Source: Candidatus Eiseniibacteriota bacterium (GTDB lineage: Bacteria; Eisenbacteria; RBG-16-71-46; CAIMUX01; VGJL01). From it: DNA of 64,000 nt. Shown here piece by piece: positions 28,511 to 37,407 of this stretch (within the stretch, counting starts at the first letter, position 1; each line of letters begins with the position of its first letter). The stretch covers positions 704,001 to 768,000 of the forward strand of contig CAWBWI010000006.1 of assembly GCA_963792585.1 (NCBI GenBank), in the 5' to 3' direction. The notes below the pieces were generated by a model. The model was not told the DNA's origin, ran no database searches, and was given only the letters and a program-made list of their open reading frames with translations. Position numbers and translations under genes: made by a program.

Positions 28511-29371
28511 CTAATGGTACAGGCTCTTGATCTGGCCCCAGCTCGAGACCTTCACCGGGGTGACATCGCAGGGATTCGGATTACAGGACACATCGTACCC
28601 CTGCCATTCGCCGCCCAGATAATCGCACTCGCCCTCGCCTTCAGCCATTCGGCACTCGCCCTGATCGCCGATGCAACACGCGCCCCTGTCGGGGGGGGGG
28701 GGTATACCACCGTCTTCGAATTCTTGGCTGGCGTCGAACGCCACCCCAAACACATCGATCCCTGGCGTCCAGTCGGGATACGAGAAGTAAGCGCTCTTGA
28801 AGACCGTGTCGCAACCAACGACGGCGCCGGAAGCAACGCGACCGCACTGCGGCGGGAACGCATGGTCGGCAGCCTGCGCGCCGAACCAGTACAGAGTGTT
28901 TCCTGTGACGTAGAGGTAGACGTTAGCTTCGTACTGGAAGATCGGGTAGAACCCGCCCTGGCAGTAGATGTTGGTCTCGTATGCGAAAGCCCCCACTGTC
29001 TCGGAGACAGTGTTCAATGGCACGCAACCGCCGTCGTCGTAGAACCGAAGGTTCCAATGGGTGGCGACCCCGACGTCGCCGCAGCCGTTGTTGTTCCAGT
29101 AACCGCCCCACCAGCGTGCGATGCCGATAACGTCGTCATAGGGGAGGTAGAAGTCATTGGCAATCTCCGTCTCGAGAGCAAACTGCCCGATGACCTCAGA
29201 CGATGCGATCAGACCCTCGAGGTCCACCGGCTCGCTCCAGAGAACAGTTCGACCGGCATTGAGAACGTTCGTGCCACCACCTCCGCCCCCACTCACGGTG
29301 GGGTTGACGGCGAGCGCGCCGCCTGTGGCGACGGCACTCAGCGCAAGGACAAGGGCGACCTTCCTCATCAT
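28511..29371 (-). CDS. Array paralog D: secreted Cys-rich protein with SWGQIKSLYH tail; contains a C12 tract
   Basis: Start at ATG 29371 by homology; G12 on the plus strand at 28691-28702 encodes PPPP. Confidence 0.9.
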   Translation of the reverse strand: MMRKVALVLALSAVATGGALAVNPTVSGGGGGGTNVLNAGRTVLWSEPVDLEGLIASSEVIGQFALETEIANDFYLPYDDVIGIARWWGGYWNNNGCGDVGVATHWNLRFYDDGGCVPLNTVSETVGAFAYETNIYCQGGFYPIFQYEANVYLYVTGNTLYWFGAQAADHAFPPQCGRVASGAVVGCDTVFKSAYFSYPDWTPGIDVFGVAFDASQEFEDGGIPPPPDRGACCIGDQGECRMAEGEGECDYLGGEWQGYDVSCNPNPCDVTPVKVSSWGQIKSLYH

Positions 29372-29518
29372 GAGGACTCCCTCCTTTCGCGTGTCGCAGA
29401 ACTCACACACGTACCGGGTCGGGACCGGTCTCTCGCTCGCAGCGCGGCCGGTCTCGCCACAATCACTTGACAGGCAGATCCACGCGGTGCAGGTCCCCGG
29501 TCGGATTCGCCAGGAACA

Positions 29519-29548
29519 AGTATCCGCGCTTCTGGGCGGGAAGTCCAA
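29519..29548 (-). promoter_or_regulatory. Putative sigma70 promoter of array unit D
   Basis: TTGGAC-N18-GATACT. Confidence 0.6.
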
Positions 29549-29781
29549 CGGGATTCACGATCGGTGAGGTATCCCGTTCGACGTCCTGCATAGAGAAGGG
29601 GTATTCTGGAGTGGCGCTAGGTGGATCACTGGAGGGATTTACGCCGTTCCGCCATTGGTGATCACCAAACATGGTGGGGTCCGGACTAGCTGAGGAAACT
29701 TGTAGACGCGGCCCTTAGCCCCGACCGGCGTTCGCACCCGCACCCCCGGCTTACGTCACCGGCCCCGCGCGGCCTTTCCGT

Positions 29782-29811
29782 TTGTCGTCTATGCCGATGC
29801 TATGCTATACT
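29782..29811 (+). promoter_or_regulatory. Sigma70-type promoter with extended -10
   Basis: TTGTCG-N18-TATACT with TGn extension, upstream of the sugar transferase. Confidence 0.5.
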
Positions 29812-29876
29812 TTTCTGCTTGATAATGCCCCGGTCTCCGACGATCGCGACGGTGTTCCGGGGAGAAAAACACCTTT

Positions 29877-30758
29877 ATGAATGGCATCGGCGAATTCGAC
29901 GACCTCCCCGCGCATGGGCTCGACGACGTGCGATGGACGCTGCCTGATGGTGTCTTGGATGGGTCCGCCAGGACACCGTCGCCGACTGTGAGCGAGCTCG
30001 CCTCCAAGAGCGACTGCTGCTGCACGGAGCAACCCATCAACGTGCTGCCCCTCCCGGACCTTGCCGACCATCCCGCTCAGAACTCCATGGCCACCGGGCC
30101 GGAGCGTCTTGACGACCCGTCGCCATCGAAGGTCCCCTTCGGCGCTGCGAGCCGATGGAAGAGATGGTTCAAGCGCTCCTTGGACTTCACGCTCGCATTG
30201 ACCTTGCTCGTCATCTGCTCTCCGCTCGTCGCCGTCGTTGCCCTGCTCGTCAAGCTCACATCGCGGGGACCGGTCTTCTTCGTGCAGGAAAGGGTTGGAC
30301 TCAACAAACGGAAGTTTCCCCTGTTGAAGTTCCGGACCATGGTGGCGGACGCAGAGAAACGGCTTGCAGAGCTGGAGCACCTGAACGAAGCGTCCGGTCC
30401 GGTCTTCAAGATCAAGAATGATCCTCGCGTCACCAAGTTGGGCAGACTCCTTCGGCGGACCAGCATCGATGAGATTCCCCAACTCATCAATGTCCTGCAC
30501 GGCGCCATGAGCTTGGTGGGCCCTAGGCCCCTGCCTGTTCGCGACGTCAACGGCTTCAACAAGGAGTGGCAACGCCGGCGTTTCAGCGTGATCCCCGGCA
30601 TTACCTGCCTCTGGCAGATCAACGGCCGCAACAACGTGGACTTCGAAAAGTGGATGCAACTTGACCTGTATTACATTGATCATTGGTCTCTCTGGCTTGA
30701 CCTCAAGATCCTCCTCAAGACCGTCCCGGCCGTCATCAAGGGCTCCGGTGCATCATAG
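29877..30758 (+). CDS. Polyprenyl-phosphate sugar-1-phosphate transferase (Bac_transf; monotopic, WcaJ C-domain/PglC-like)
   Basis: 'KRSLD', 'GPVFFVQERVG', 'KFRTM', 'DPRVT..G..LRRTSIDEIPQL.NVL.G.MSLVGPRP', 'PGITCLWQ'. Start uncertain. Confidence 0.92.
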   Translation: MNGIGEFDDLPAHGLDDVRWTLPDGVLDGSARTPSPTVSELASKSDCCCTEQPINVLPLPDLADHPAQNSMATGPERLDDPSPSKVPFGAASRWKRWFKRSLDFTLALTLLVICSPLVAVVALLVKLTSRGPVFFVQERVGLNKRKFPLLKFRTMVADAEKRLAELEHLNEASGPVFKIKNDPRVTKLGRLLRRTSIDEIPQLINVLHGAMSLVGPRPLPVRDVNGFNKEWQRRRFSVIPGITCLWQINGRNNVDFEKWMQLDLYYIDHWSLWLDLKILLKTVPAVIKGSGAS

Positions 30759-30854
30759 GTACGAGCGGGCCGGCTGGCGGCCTGATAACAGCACGCGATC
30801 CTCTCGCCCTCGCTGCAATCCAGACGTCGGCCCGAGGGCCGGTGGGAGTTCCTC

Positions 30855-31955
30855 TTGAAGATCGCCATGATCGGCGCCCGAGGAATGGACTCTACCTACA
30901 GCGGTTTGGAAACCACGGTCCGCGAGGTGAGTATCGGCTTGGCTCGTCGCGGTCACGAAGTCACCGTGTTTTCCGCTGCAACGAGGGAACGTCCGCAACC
31001 TCCCGAGGTTCTTGACGGGGTTCGGATCGAGAGGGTCCCGACACTCGCGGGGAAACACACCGAGACTCTCGTCAGGGCTGCCTTAGCTTCCATCGCAAGC
31101 GGATTCGACTCCTTCGACGTCATTAACTACCACGCCGAGGGCCCAGGTCTGTTCGCCGCCGTCTCCAGGCTCTGCGGGAAGCGAACGGTGGTCACGGTCC
31201 ACGGCTTGGATTGGAAACGGGCCAAGTGGACCCCATTCGCCAGTGCTTGCCTGAGAATGGCGGAGCGGGTGGCCGTGCGCTCTGCCCACCGAATCGTCGT
31301 GGTATCTCGATTGCTCCAGCGCTACTTTGTTGACCGATACGGCAGAGAGACGGCCTTCATCCCCAATGCCTGCATCTCCCGCCAAAGGGCAACGTCCTGT
31401 CAGCAGCTCGAGACCCTGGGATTGACTCCAGGCAGATACTGCCTCTTCGCCAGTAGACTGGTGCCGGAGAAGGGGTGCCACGACCTCATTCAAGCCTACA
31501 ACACACTGGAGACGGATATACGCTTGGTCGTCGCCGGCGGCGCTCGCTATGAGGATGCCTACGTCGCCTCACTCAGAAGAGCAGCTGACCCAAACCACGT
31601 CTCGTTCGTCGGGCACGTCACGGGGCCCCTCCTGCAGGAGCTGTTTTCACATGCATATTTGTTCGTTCTCCCGTCCTATATCGAAGGTCTGTCGAACGCG
31701 TTGCTCGAGGCGATGAGCTACCAGAAGTGCGCGCTGGTCAGTGACATCCCGGAAAACCTCGAGGTCTTGCAGGAGAATGGGTTTTGGTTCAAGGCGGGCG
31801 ATGTCGGGGATCTTGCCGCCAATCTGAACCGGCTACTCAATGAACCGATGGCGGTGCTGGCAATGGAGGCCAGGCTTGCGCAGGAGCAGGGGCACGAGCA
31901 GACCTGGGACGCCATTGCCGGGAAATACGAGGCGCTCTATCGCTCCATGAGCTAG
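30855..31955 (+). CDS. Glycosyltransferase family 4
   Basis: 'KIAMIGARG....YSGLET', 'TVHGLDWKRAKW', 'RLVPEKG', 'PS.IEGL..ALLEAMS'. Confidence 0.92.
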   Translation: MKIAMIGARGMDSTYSGLETTVREVSIGLARRGHEVTVFSAATRERPQPPEVLDGVRIERVPTLAGKHTETLVRAALASIASGFDSFDVINYHAEGPGLFAAVSRLCGKRTVVTVHGLDWKRAKWTPFASACLRMAERVAVRSAHRIVVVSRLLQRYFVDRYGRETAFIPNACISRQRATSCQQLETLGLTPGRYCLFASRLVPEKGCHDLIQAYNTLETDIRLVVAGGARYEDAYVASLRRAADPNHVSFVGHVTGPLLQELFSHAYLFVLPSYIEGLSNALLEAMSYQKCALVSDIPENLEVLQENGFWFKAGDVGDLAANLNRLLNEPMAVLAMEARLAQEQGHEQTWDAIAGKYEALYRSMS

Positions 31956-32381
31956 CGCGCCTCGGTCATGCGTCCCCTCGCGGTTGGATGAGCACGACTG
32001 GATTCCAGCGCGACTGCACCGCTTCACCGGCGCCGCTCCATCCCGGCGAGCGGGTCACGCGGTAGAGGGAAGTCCCCGCAGGAGTCAGTTCCCCGGCGTC
32101 GAATCTTCCGTCCCCGAACCCCTGGTGGGTTCCTGCCGCCGGCGTTCCCAGGAGGATATTCCTCGAGTGGCTTGGCCGGCAGATCGTTCAGCCAGGGCCA
32201 GTGGGGACAGGACTCGTGGGATGCCCGAGATGTCTCGCCGTATGACTCGTGCCGATGGTGTATACTCGACGGTTATGTTTCTTCACCGCGCCGCGGCGGA
32301 GAGTCAAACCAGGATCTCCGCATCTGCAACTTGCCCGGGGTTCGGGTCCTTCGGTTCAGCCGGAGAGAGAGGATCGGAACG

Positions 32382-33101
32382 ATGCGCGTTTCGACATTCC
32401 TATATCTGCTGTTGGGTTGCTTGAGCGCGACCCTCGTCAAAGCCGACATCATCGACTTCGAGACCCTCCCGGGCGGCGCGCCGTCCGATGACCTCCCGAT
32501 CAGCACCCAGTACTTGGCCGACTTCGGCGTCACCTTCGGACTCGACACCGACGGCGACGGCTTCGCCGATCCGGGCGTCTACCCGATCATGGAAGCGCAG
32601 GGGGCGGACGGCACAGATGGTTTCAACAACGATACGCTGGGGCTCCGGGATACAGCCGCACCCGGGTTCGAGGGCGACCTTGGCCTATTCTTCCTCCGCG
32701 GAACGGCTCCCGTTCCCCCGATCGGACTCGTCGTTCTCTACGCGAACCCGGTCTCGGGGGCGACTGGGGACATATGGGACATCGACGGCAGCGGTTCGCA
32801 GGGCAGCGAACAATGGTTGGTGGAGGGGATGGGACAGGACTACGTCGACTACGGCGACCTCAGCGACGTCGTCGCAACCGACCTGAGCCCCGAGGGAACG
32901 GACTTGACGCTCGACGGGAAGCCCTGGACGTTCCTGCTCAATTCCGGTTCTCCGACCATCCACGCGATCCGGATCACCTTTGTCGGAACGAAGACCAGTG
33001 GAATCGGTCTTGCCTTCGATCGATTCTCTCCCTCGCTCGGTGATCCAACGCCGACCAAGCGAGCGTCCTGGGGGAGCATCAAGCGTCAATACCTGAACTA
33101 G
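32382..33101 (+). CDS. Secreted protein with SWGSIKRQY tail
   Basis: Signal peptide ending VKA, 'IIDFE' N-terminus, tail 'PTPTKRASWGSIKRQYLN'. Confidence 0.8.
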   Translation: MRVSTFLYLLLGCLSATLVKADIIDFETLPGGAPSDDLPISTQYLADFGVTFGLDTDGDGFADPGVYPIMEAQGADGTDGFNNDTLGLRDTAAPGFEGDLGLFFLRGTAPVPPIGLVVLYANPVSGATGDIWDIDGSGSQGSEQWLVEGMGQDYVDYGDLSDVVATDLSPEGTDLTLDGKPWTFLLNSGSPTIHAIRITFVGTKTSGIGLAFDRFSPSLGDPTPTKRASWGSIKRQYLN

Positions 33102-33288
33102 TTCGCCTACCCAGCCCCCAGCTTTCATGCAGCATGACGTCTGTCAGCCGGTCGTTTGCCCCCATCAACGCCTTCGTGGCGCACTTGCGGGAGGGAGAGG
33201 TCGGTCAAGATCGCGGCGCGTGAGATCCCGCTTGTATATACCTAGTACTGCAATGTATGGTCGCTCTATGTAAGGGAGGCGCGCCACG

Positions 33289-33642
33289 ATGGACATCGAC
33301 AAGGATCTCGTCGCTGCGTCCGCAACGCCGCTGGTGCTGTCCATCCTAACTGAAGGTGACAGCTATGGTTACGCCATAATCAAGCGCGTGGGCGAAGTGT
33401 CGGGCGGCGAGCTGCGCTGGACGGACGGCATGGTCTATCCGCTCCTCCACCGCCTGGAGCGCAAGGGTCTCATCGAAGCGCTGTGGGGTCAGTCGGAGTC
33501 CGGCAGGCGGCGCAAGTACTACCGCCTGACGCAGACGGGTGCCGAGTATCTCGCCCGCCAACGGCGTCAGTGGCAACTGGTCGATCTGGCGTTGCGAGGC
33601 GTCTGGCTCATGGTGGCCCACCCAGCTTCGCGACCGGCCTGA
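33289..33642 (+). CDS. PadR family transcriptional regulator
   Basis: 'LSIL.EGDSYGY.II', 'G.VYPLLHRLE..GLI...W', 'GRRRKYY.LT..G'. Confidence 0.93.
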   Translation: MDIDKDLVAASATPLVLSILTEGDSYGYAIIKRVGEVSGGELRWTDGMVYPLLHRLERKGLIEALWGQSESGRRRKYYRLTQTGAEYLARQRRQWQLVDLALRGVWLMVAHPASRPA

Positions 33643-33665
33643 GCCTCAATGGGGGAGAAGAACGG

Positions 33666-35033
33666 GTGACGAACGAGGGGTTGCTGGAAGAACGCATCGG
33701 AGAATGGCGGGACTACTTCCGGAAACGGCAGGCGGTCCGCTCCGTTGATATCGAAGAACTCGAAGATCATCTCCGCAGCCAGGTTGAAGCTCTTCGCGAG
33801 GCCGGCCTGGACGAGGATGAAGCATTCCTCGTCGCGGTCAAGCGACTGGGCGACCTGGATTCGGTGTCGCGTGAGTTCGCGCACGAATACTCCGAGCGCC
33901 TCTGGAAGCAGCTCGTGGTCACGCGGGGTGCCGGCGCCTCATCGCTCACCGCACACAGGGACGCCGCCGTGGCCGTCGGATTGGCAATGGCTGCGGCCGC
34001 CGCGCTCAAGATTCCCGAGCTCTTCGGTTTGCATCTTTCGGGCGGCGGCGCCGACACTTCTTTCTACTTACGCAATATCACTCTCTTGGTCCTACCCTTC
34101 CTCGCCGCGTTCTTTGCCTTGAAGCGGGGCCTCCAGCGAAAGGCATGGTATCGGTTGGCCATTCCGTTCGTTGCAGCGGGTCTGATCATGAACCTACTGC
34201 CATTCAGGCCGGAGGGTCACACGGTGGTGCTGGCCGCGATCCACCTTCCCATCGCGTTGTGGTTGACCGTCGGGTTCGCGTATACCAGCGCTCGATGGCG
34301 TAGTCATGAGCATCGCATGAACTTCGTGCGGTTCTCAGGCGAGTGGTTTATCTACTACACGCTCATTGCGCTTGGGGGCGGCATACTGGTGCTCTTCACG
34401 CTCTTCATATTCAAAGCCATCGGCCTGAACGCCGAGCCGTTGGTCCAACGATGGATCATCCCGTGCGGCGCCGCGGGGGCGGTCCTTATCGGGGCGTGGC
34501 TGGTCGAATCCAAGCAGAGCGTCATCGAGAGCATGGCGCCGGTACTCACGCTGCTCTTCACGCCGCTCTTTGCAGTGCTGCTCCTCGCCTTCGTGGTGAC
34601 CATGATCTGGACGGGCAATGCGATCGACGTCGGACGGGAAGTGCTCATCGGATTCGACCTACTTCTCGTGCTCGTGCTGGGCCTGCTGCTCTACGCGATA
34701 TCGGCACGCGACTCGCTGGCCCCGCCGGGAAGGTTCGACAGGCTCCGCCTGTTGCTCGTGATGTGTGCACTCCTCGTCGATGTCATCGCCTTGTGGGCAA
34801 TGGCTGAACGTATCTCGGAATTCGGTTTCAGTCCGAACAAGACGGCGGCGCTTGGACTGAACCTGCTGCTACTCGTGAATCTCGGCTGGTCGGCTGTGCT
34901 CTACGCACGGTTCCTGGCGAAGCGCTCCCCGTTCGCGCGCCTCGAGCATTGGCAAACTGCGTATCTACCTGCGTACGCCGTCTGGGCGTGGATCGTGGTG
35001 GCGTTGTTCCCGATTGTCTTCGGCTACCGGTAG
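33666..35033 (+). CDS. Membrane protein with permease-prefix domain, PadR-associated
   Basis: 'EELEDHLR......GL.EDEAFLVAVKRLG' prefix, then about 11 TM helices. Confidence 0.85.
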   Translation: MTNEGLLEERIGEWRDYFRKRQAVRSVDIEELEDHLRSQVEALREAGLDEDEAFLVAVKRLGDLDSVSREFAHEYSERLWKQLVVTRGAGASSLTAHRDAAVAVGLAMAAAAALKIPELFGLHLSGGGADTSFYLRNITLLVLPFLAAFFALKRGLQRKAWYRLAIPFVAAGLIMNLLPFRPEGHTVVLAAIHLPIALWLTVGFAYTSARWRSHEHRMNFVRFSGEWFIYYTLIALGGGILVLFTLFIFKAIGLNAEPLVQRWIIPCGAAGAVLIGAWLVESKQSVIESMAPVLTLLFTPLFAVLLLAFVVTMIWTGNAIDVGREVLIGFDLLLVLVLGLLLYAISARDSLAPPGRFDRLRLLLVMCALLVDVIALWAMAERISEFGFSPNKTAALGLNLLLLVNLGWSAVLYARFLAKRSPFARLEHWQTAYLPAYAVWAWIVVALFPIVFGYR

Positions 35034-35245
35034 GCCCCGAGACGCCCTGCGCTCGCGCGTCCGTCCGTTTGGAAGGCAAGGAAGCGGACTCAGTCCCGGC
35101 CGGCCCGCCGGGGCGATGAGTCTTCGCAGACCGTGGGTACTCTGGCCCTCTGGGACGACAAGCGCTACAATTGCTCCACGCTGTAAGCTGGAGCGGCCGG
35201 TGATCCCGACAAGACCCGCTTCCGCGTCGGCCGTGGAGGCAGTCC

Positions 35246-37321
35246 ATGTGCATCCCGAGCGCTCACTCATTCTGGTCCCGAGCCGCCGTGCTGCTCGTCT
35301 GGCTCATGATGCTCGCCGGTCCCTTGGCCGCCGGCTCCTCGCACCCGACGGACGCGCTCTCTATCGCAGATCCCGGTCCGCCTCGTCCGACAATGTCCAC
35401 CGGCCGGGATGCAGGGAATCCCGCCGCCGGGGACCCGTGGGGGTATCGCTGGAAGATCGAGCATGCCACCGAGTCGGTCATCTCAGGCGGTCCAGTTCCT
35501 CCGGCTCCCCCGGATCCCCCGACCGACTACGATGCCGAACACTACGCCATCCGCATCGACGTTCAGTTCGACACGCAGACGATCGCCGGAGAGGTGGATC
35601 TTCGTGCGCGCTCACTCGTGGCCCAGTTTACGCAGATGGAAGTCGATCTCCGCCAGAACATGGCGGTCGCTTCGGTCCGTCGCGGTTCGGTCCCTCTGGC
35701 CTTCACCCGATCGAACGATCGGATCCACATCAACTTGGACCGCGCGTTCACCCAGGGCGAGACGCTCACGGTCACGATCGCCTACTCCGGCTCCCCGCTC
35801 TCGGAGGGATTTGGCTGCTTCCGCTTCGCGACCCACGACGGGAGACCCGTGGCCTCGACATTGAGCGAACCGTGGTTCGCGAGGAACTGGTGGCCGTGCA
35901 AAGAGGACCCCGCCGACAAGGCGACGGCGGACCTGATGTTCACCGTGCCCGTCTCGATGACCGTGGTCTCGAACGGGACTCTGGTGTCGAATGTGGCGCA
36001 TGGTTCGACGCGGACCTTCCGCTGGCGAAGCGAGTATCCCATCGCCAGCTATCTCGTGTGCATGGCAGCGACCGACTATGTCCGGTTCGACGACACCTAC
36101 GTCGGGGCGCTGGGCGACTCCATGCCGGTCGAGTTCTACGCCTACCCGGAGGATGAGCAGACTTGCCGCGCCAGGTGGGAAGGAGAAGTCGAGAAACTCG
36201 AGTTCTTCCGCAGCGTATTCGGCGAGTATCCGTTCGTCGCGGACAAGTACGGCATCGTCGAGCAGATTCGCGGCGGGATCGAGCATCAGACCATCACGGG
36301 CTTGCCCCCGGACGGCCTTGGCGACTCGGTGCTCCTGTCGCACGAACTCTCCCATCAATGGTGGGGAGACATGGTGACCTGCGCGACGTGGCACGACATC
36401 TGGCTCAACGAAGGATTCGCCACCTACGCCTCGGGCTTGTGGCTAGAGCACGAGAGCTCCGGGGGCTATGCGGCATTCATGAACGACATCGAGGATGCGG
36501 CGCGCTCTGTCGGTCCCGTCTACCGGACCCGGATCGACACCCTCGAGGACATCTTCAATGCGGCCACCTACGAACGGGCCGCCTGGATCCTACACATGCT
36601 CCGCGGGGTCATGGGCGACTCGACGTTCTTCGGCGCGTTGCGGGACTATCGAGCCGCCTTCGAGTATGCGAGCGCGACGACGGCCGATTACCAGTCGGTC
36701 GTGGAAACGCGCGCGGGACGTAGCGTCTCGTGGTTCTTCGACGAGTGGATCTACGGCGCGGGTGAACCCGTGTACGAGTACTCCTGGCAAGCGGTCGCCC
36801 CCGATCGCGTTCTCGTGCACGTCGAGCAGGTTCAGGCCGGTCCGACCTTCCGCATGCCGATCCCGATCACTGTCAGCACGATGCTGGGATTCCAGCCGTT
36901 CGTCCTGGAAGATTCGCTTCGGTCGCAGACGTTTGACCTCCGGCCCGGCGGCGGTATCGCCGGCATGCAGTTCGATCCCCGGAACTGGATCCTGGAGACC
37001 CACCGCGAGGTTGCATTCCCAGCGGACGTGGAGAGTCCGAGCACGGCGAGCGTTGACGCCTTCCGGATCGAGATCGGCCCCTCCCCGACACGGGGAGAGA
37101 CACAGATCACCCTCGCGGTGTCCGCCGGCCCGGAGCGTCGCGTTCGGGTCGTGATGCATGACGTCACGGGACGGCTCTGCGCGGTCATCGCCGATCGTGT
37201 ATTCCCGGCGGGACGACACACGCTCGTCTGGAATCGCCCGCTCGCGAGAGGCGTCTACTTCGTCGACGCGTCGGGACCGACCGTCGGACGGGCGAGACCG
37301 GCCCGACTCGTCGTCGAGTAG
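35246..37321 (+). CDS. Secreted M1 family zinc aminopeptidase with FlgD/T9SS-like C-terminal domain
   Basis: 'WWPC..DPADKAT', 'GGIEHQT', 'HELSHQWWGD', 'WLNEGFATY'; C-terminal 'PSP...HDVTGR...H.LVW...GVYF'. Confidence 0.92.
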   Translation: MCIPSAHSFWSRAAVLLVWLMMLAGPLAAGSSHPTDALSIADPGPPRPTMSTGRDAGNPAAGDPWGYRWKIEHATESVISGGPVPPAPPDPPTDYDAEHYAIRIDVQFDTQTIAGEVDLRARSLVAQFTQMEVDLRQNMAVASVRRGSVPLAFTRSNDRIHINLDRAFTQGETLTVTIAYSGSPLSEGFGCFRFATHDGRPVASTLSEPWFARNWWPCKEDPADKATADLMFTVPVSMTVVSNGTLVSNVAHGSTRTFRWRSEYPIASYLVCMAATDYVRFDDTYVGALGDSMPVEFYAYPEDEQTCRARWEGEVEKLEFFRSVFGEYPFVADKYGIVEQIRGGIEHQTITGLPPDGLGDSVLLSHELSHQWWGDMVTCATWHDIWLNEGFATYASGLWLEHESSGGYAAFMNDIEDAARSVGPVYRTRIDTLEDIFNAATYERAAWILHMLRGVMGDSTFFGALRDYRAAFEYASATTADYQSVVETRAGRSVSWFFDEWIYGAGEPVYEYSWQAVAPDRVLVHVEQVQAGPTFRMPIPITVSTMLGFQPFVLEDSLRSQTFDLRPGGGIAGMQFDPRNWILETHREVAFPADVESPSTASVDAFRIEIGPSPTRGETQITLAVSAGPERRVRVVMHDVTGRLCAVIADRVFPAGRHTLVWNRPLARGVYFVDASGPTVGRARPARLVVE

Positions 37322-37407
37322 GTGCTGTCGCTTCTACAAACTCCGTCCGTCGGTCGCTCGACCTCCAGTCGGCGGCTTCGTCGCGCCCCCCCGGACAAGA
37401 GGCCCTC

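Larger units (their letters stand above)
24786..29556 (-). repeat. Four-copy tandem array of ~1.2 kb units (promoter, leader, secreted Cys-rich gene, conserved 3' element/hairpin)
   Basis: Four paralogous ORFs; non-coding blocks 'gaggactccctcctttcgcgtgtcgcagaac' and 'cggcgggagcgcctcatcgccaccaaactcatttgcgccacc' each recur four times with few changes. Confidence 0.95.

Noticed and set aside
24786..29556. Array as CRISPR, integron cassettes or DGR template/variable repeats
   Set aside because: Units are ~1.2 kb with whole paralogous genes; no cas, intI or reverse transcriptase in the window; no RYYYAAC/GTTRRRY attC ends; differences are not adenine-specific by eye.
29689..29750. tRNA-Leu-like fragments (GTAGACGCG, TTAG, GTTCG, possible GCTGAGG/CCCCGGC acceptor pairing)
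   Set aside because: Only ~62 nt, no anticodon stem, no proper T-arm or CCA. At most a heavily decayed remnant; tRNAscan-SE would settle it.
33232..33272. Possible PadR operator (TACCTAG-N5-CAATGTA)
   Set aside because: Only 5/7 palindromic match; plausible but too weak to list as a feature.
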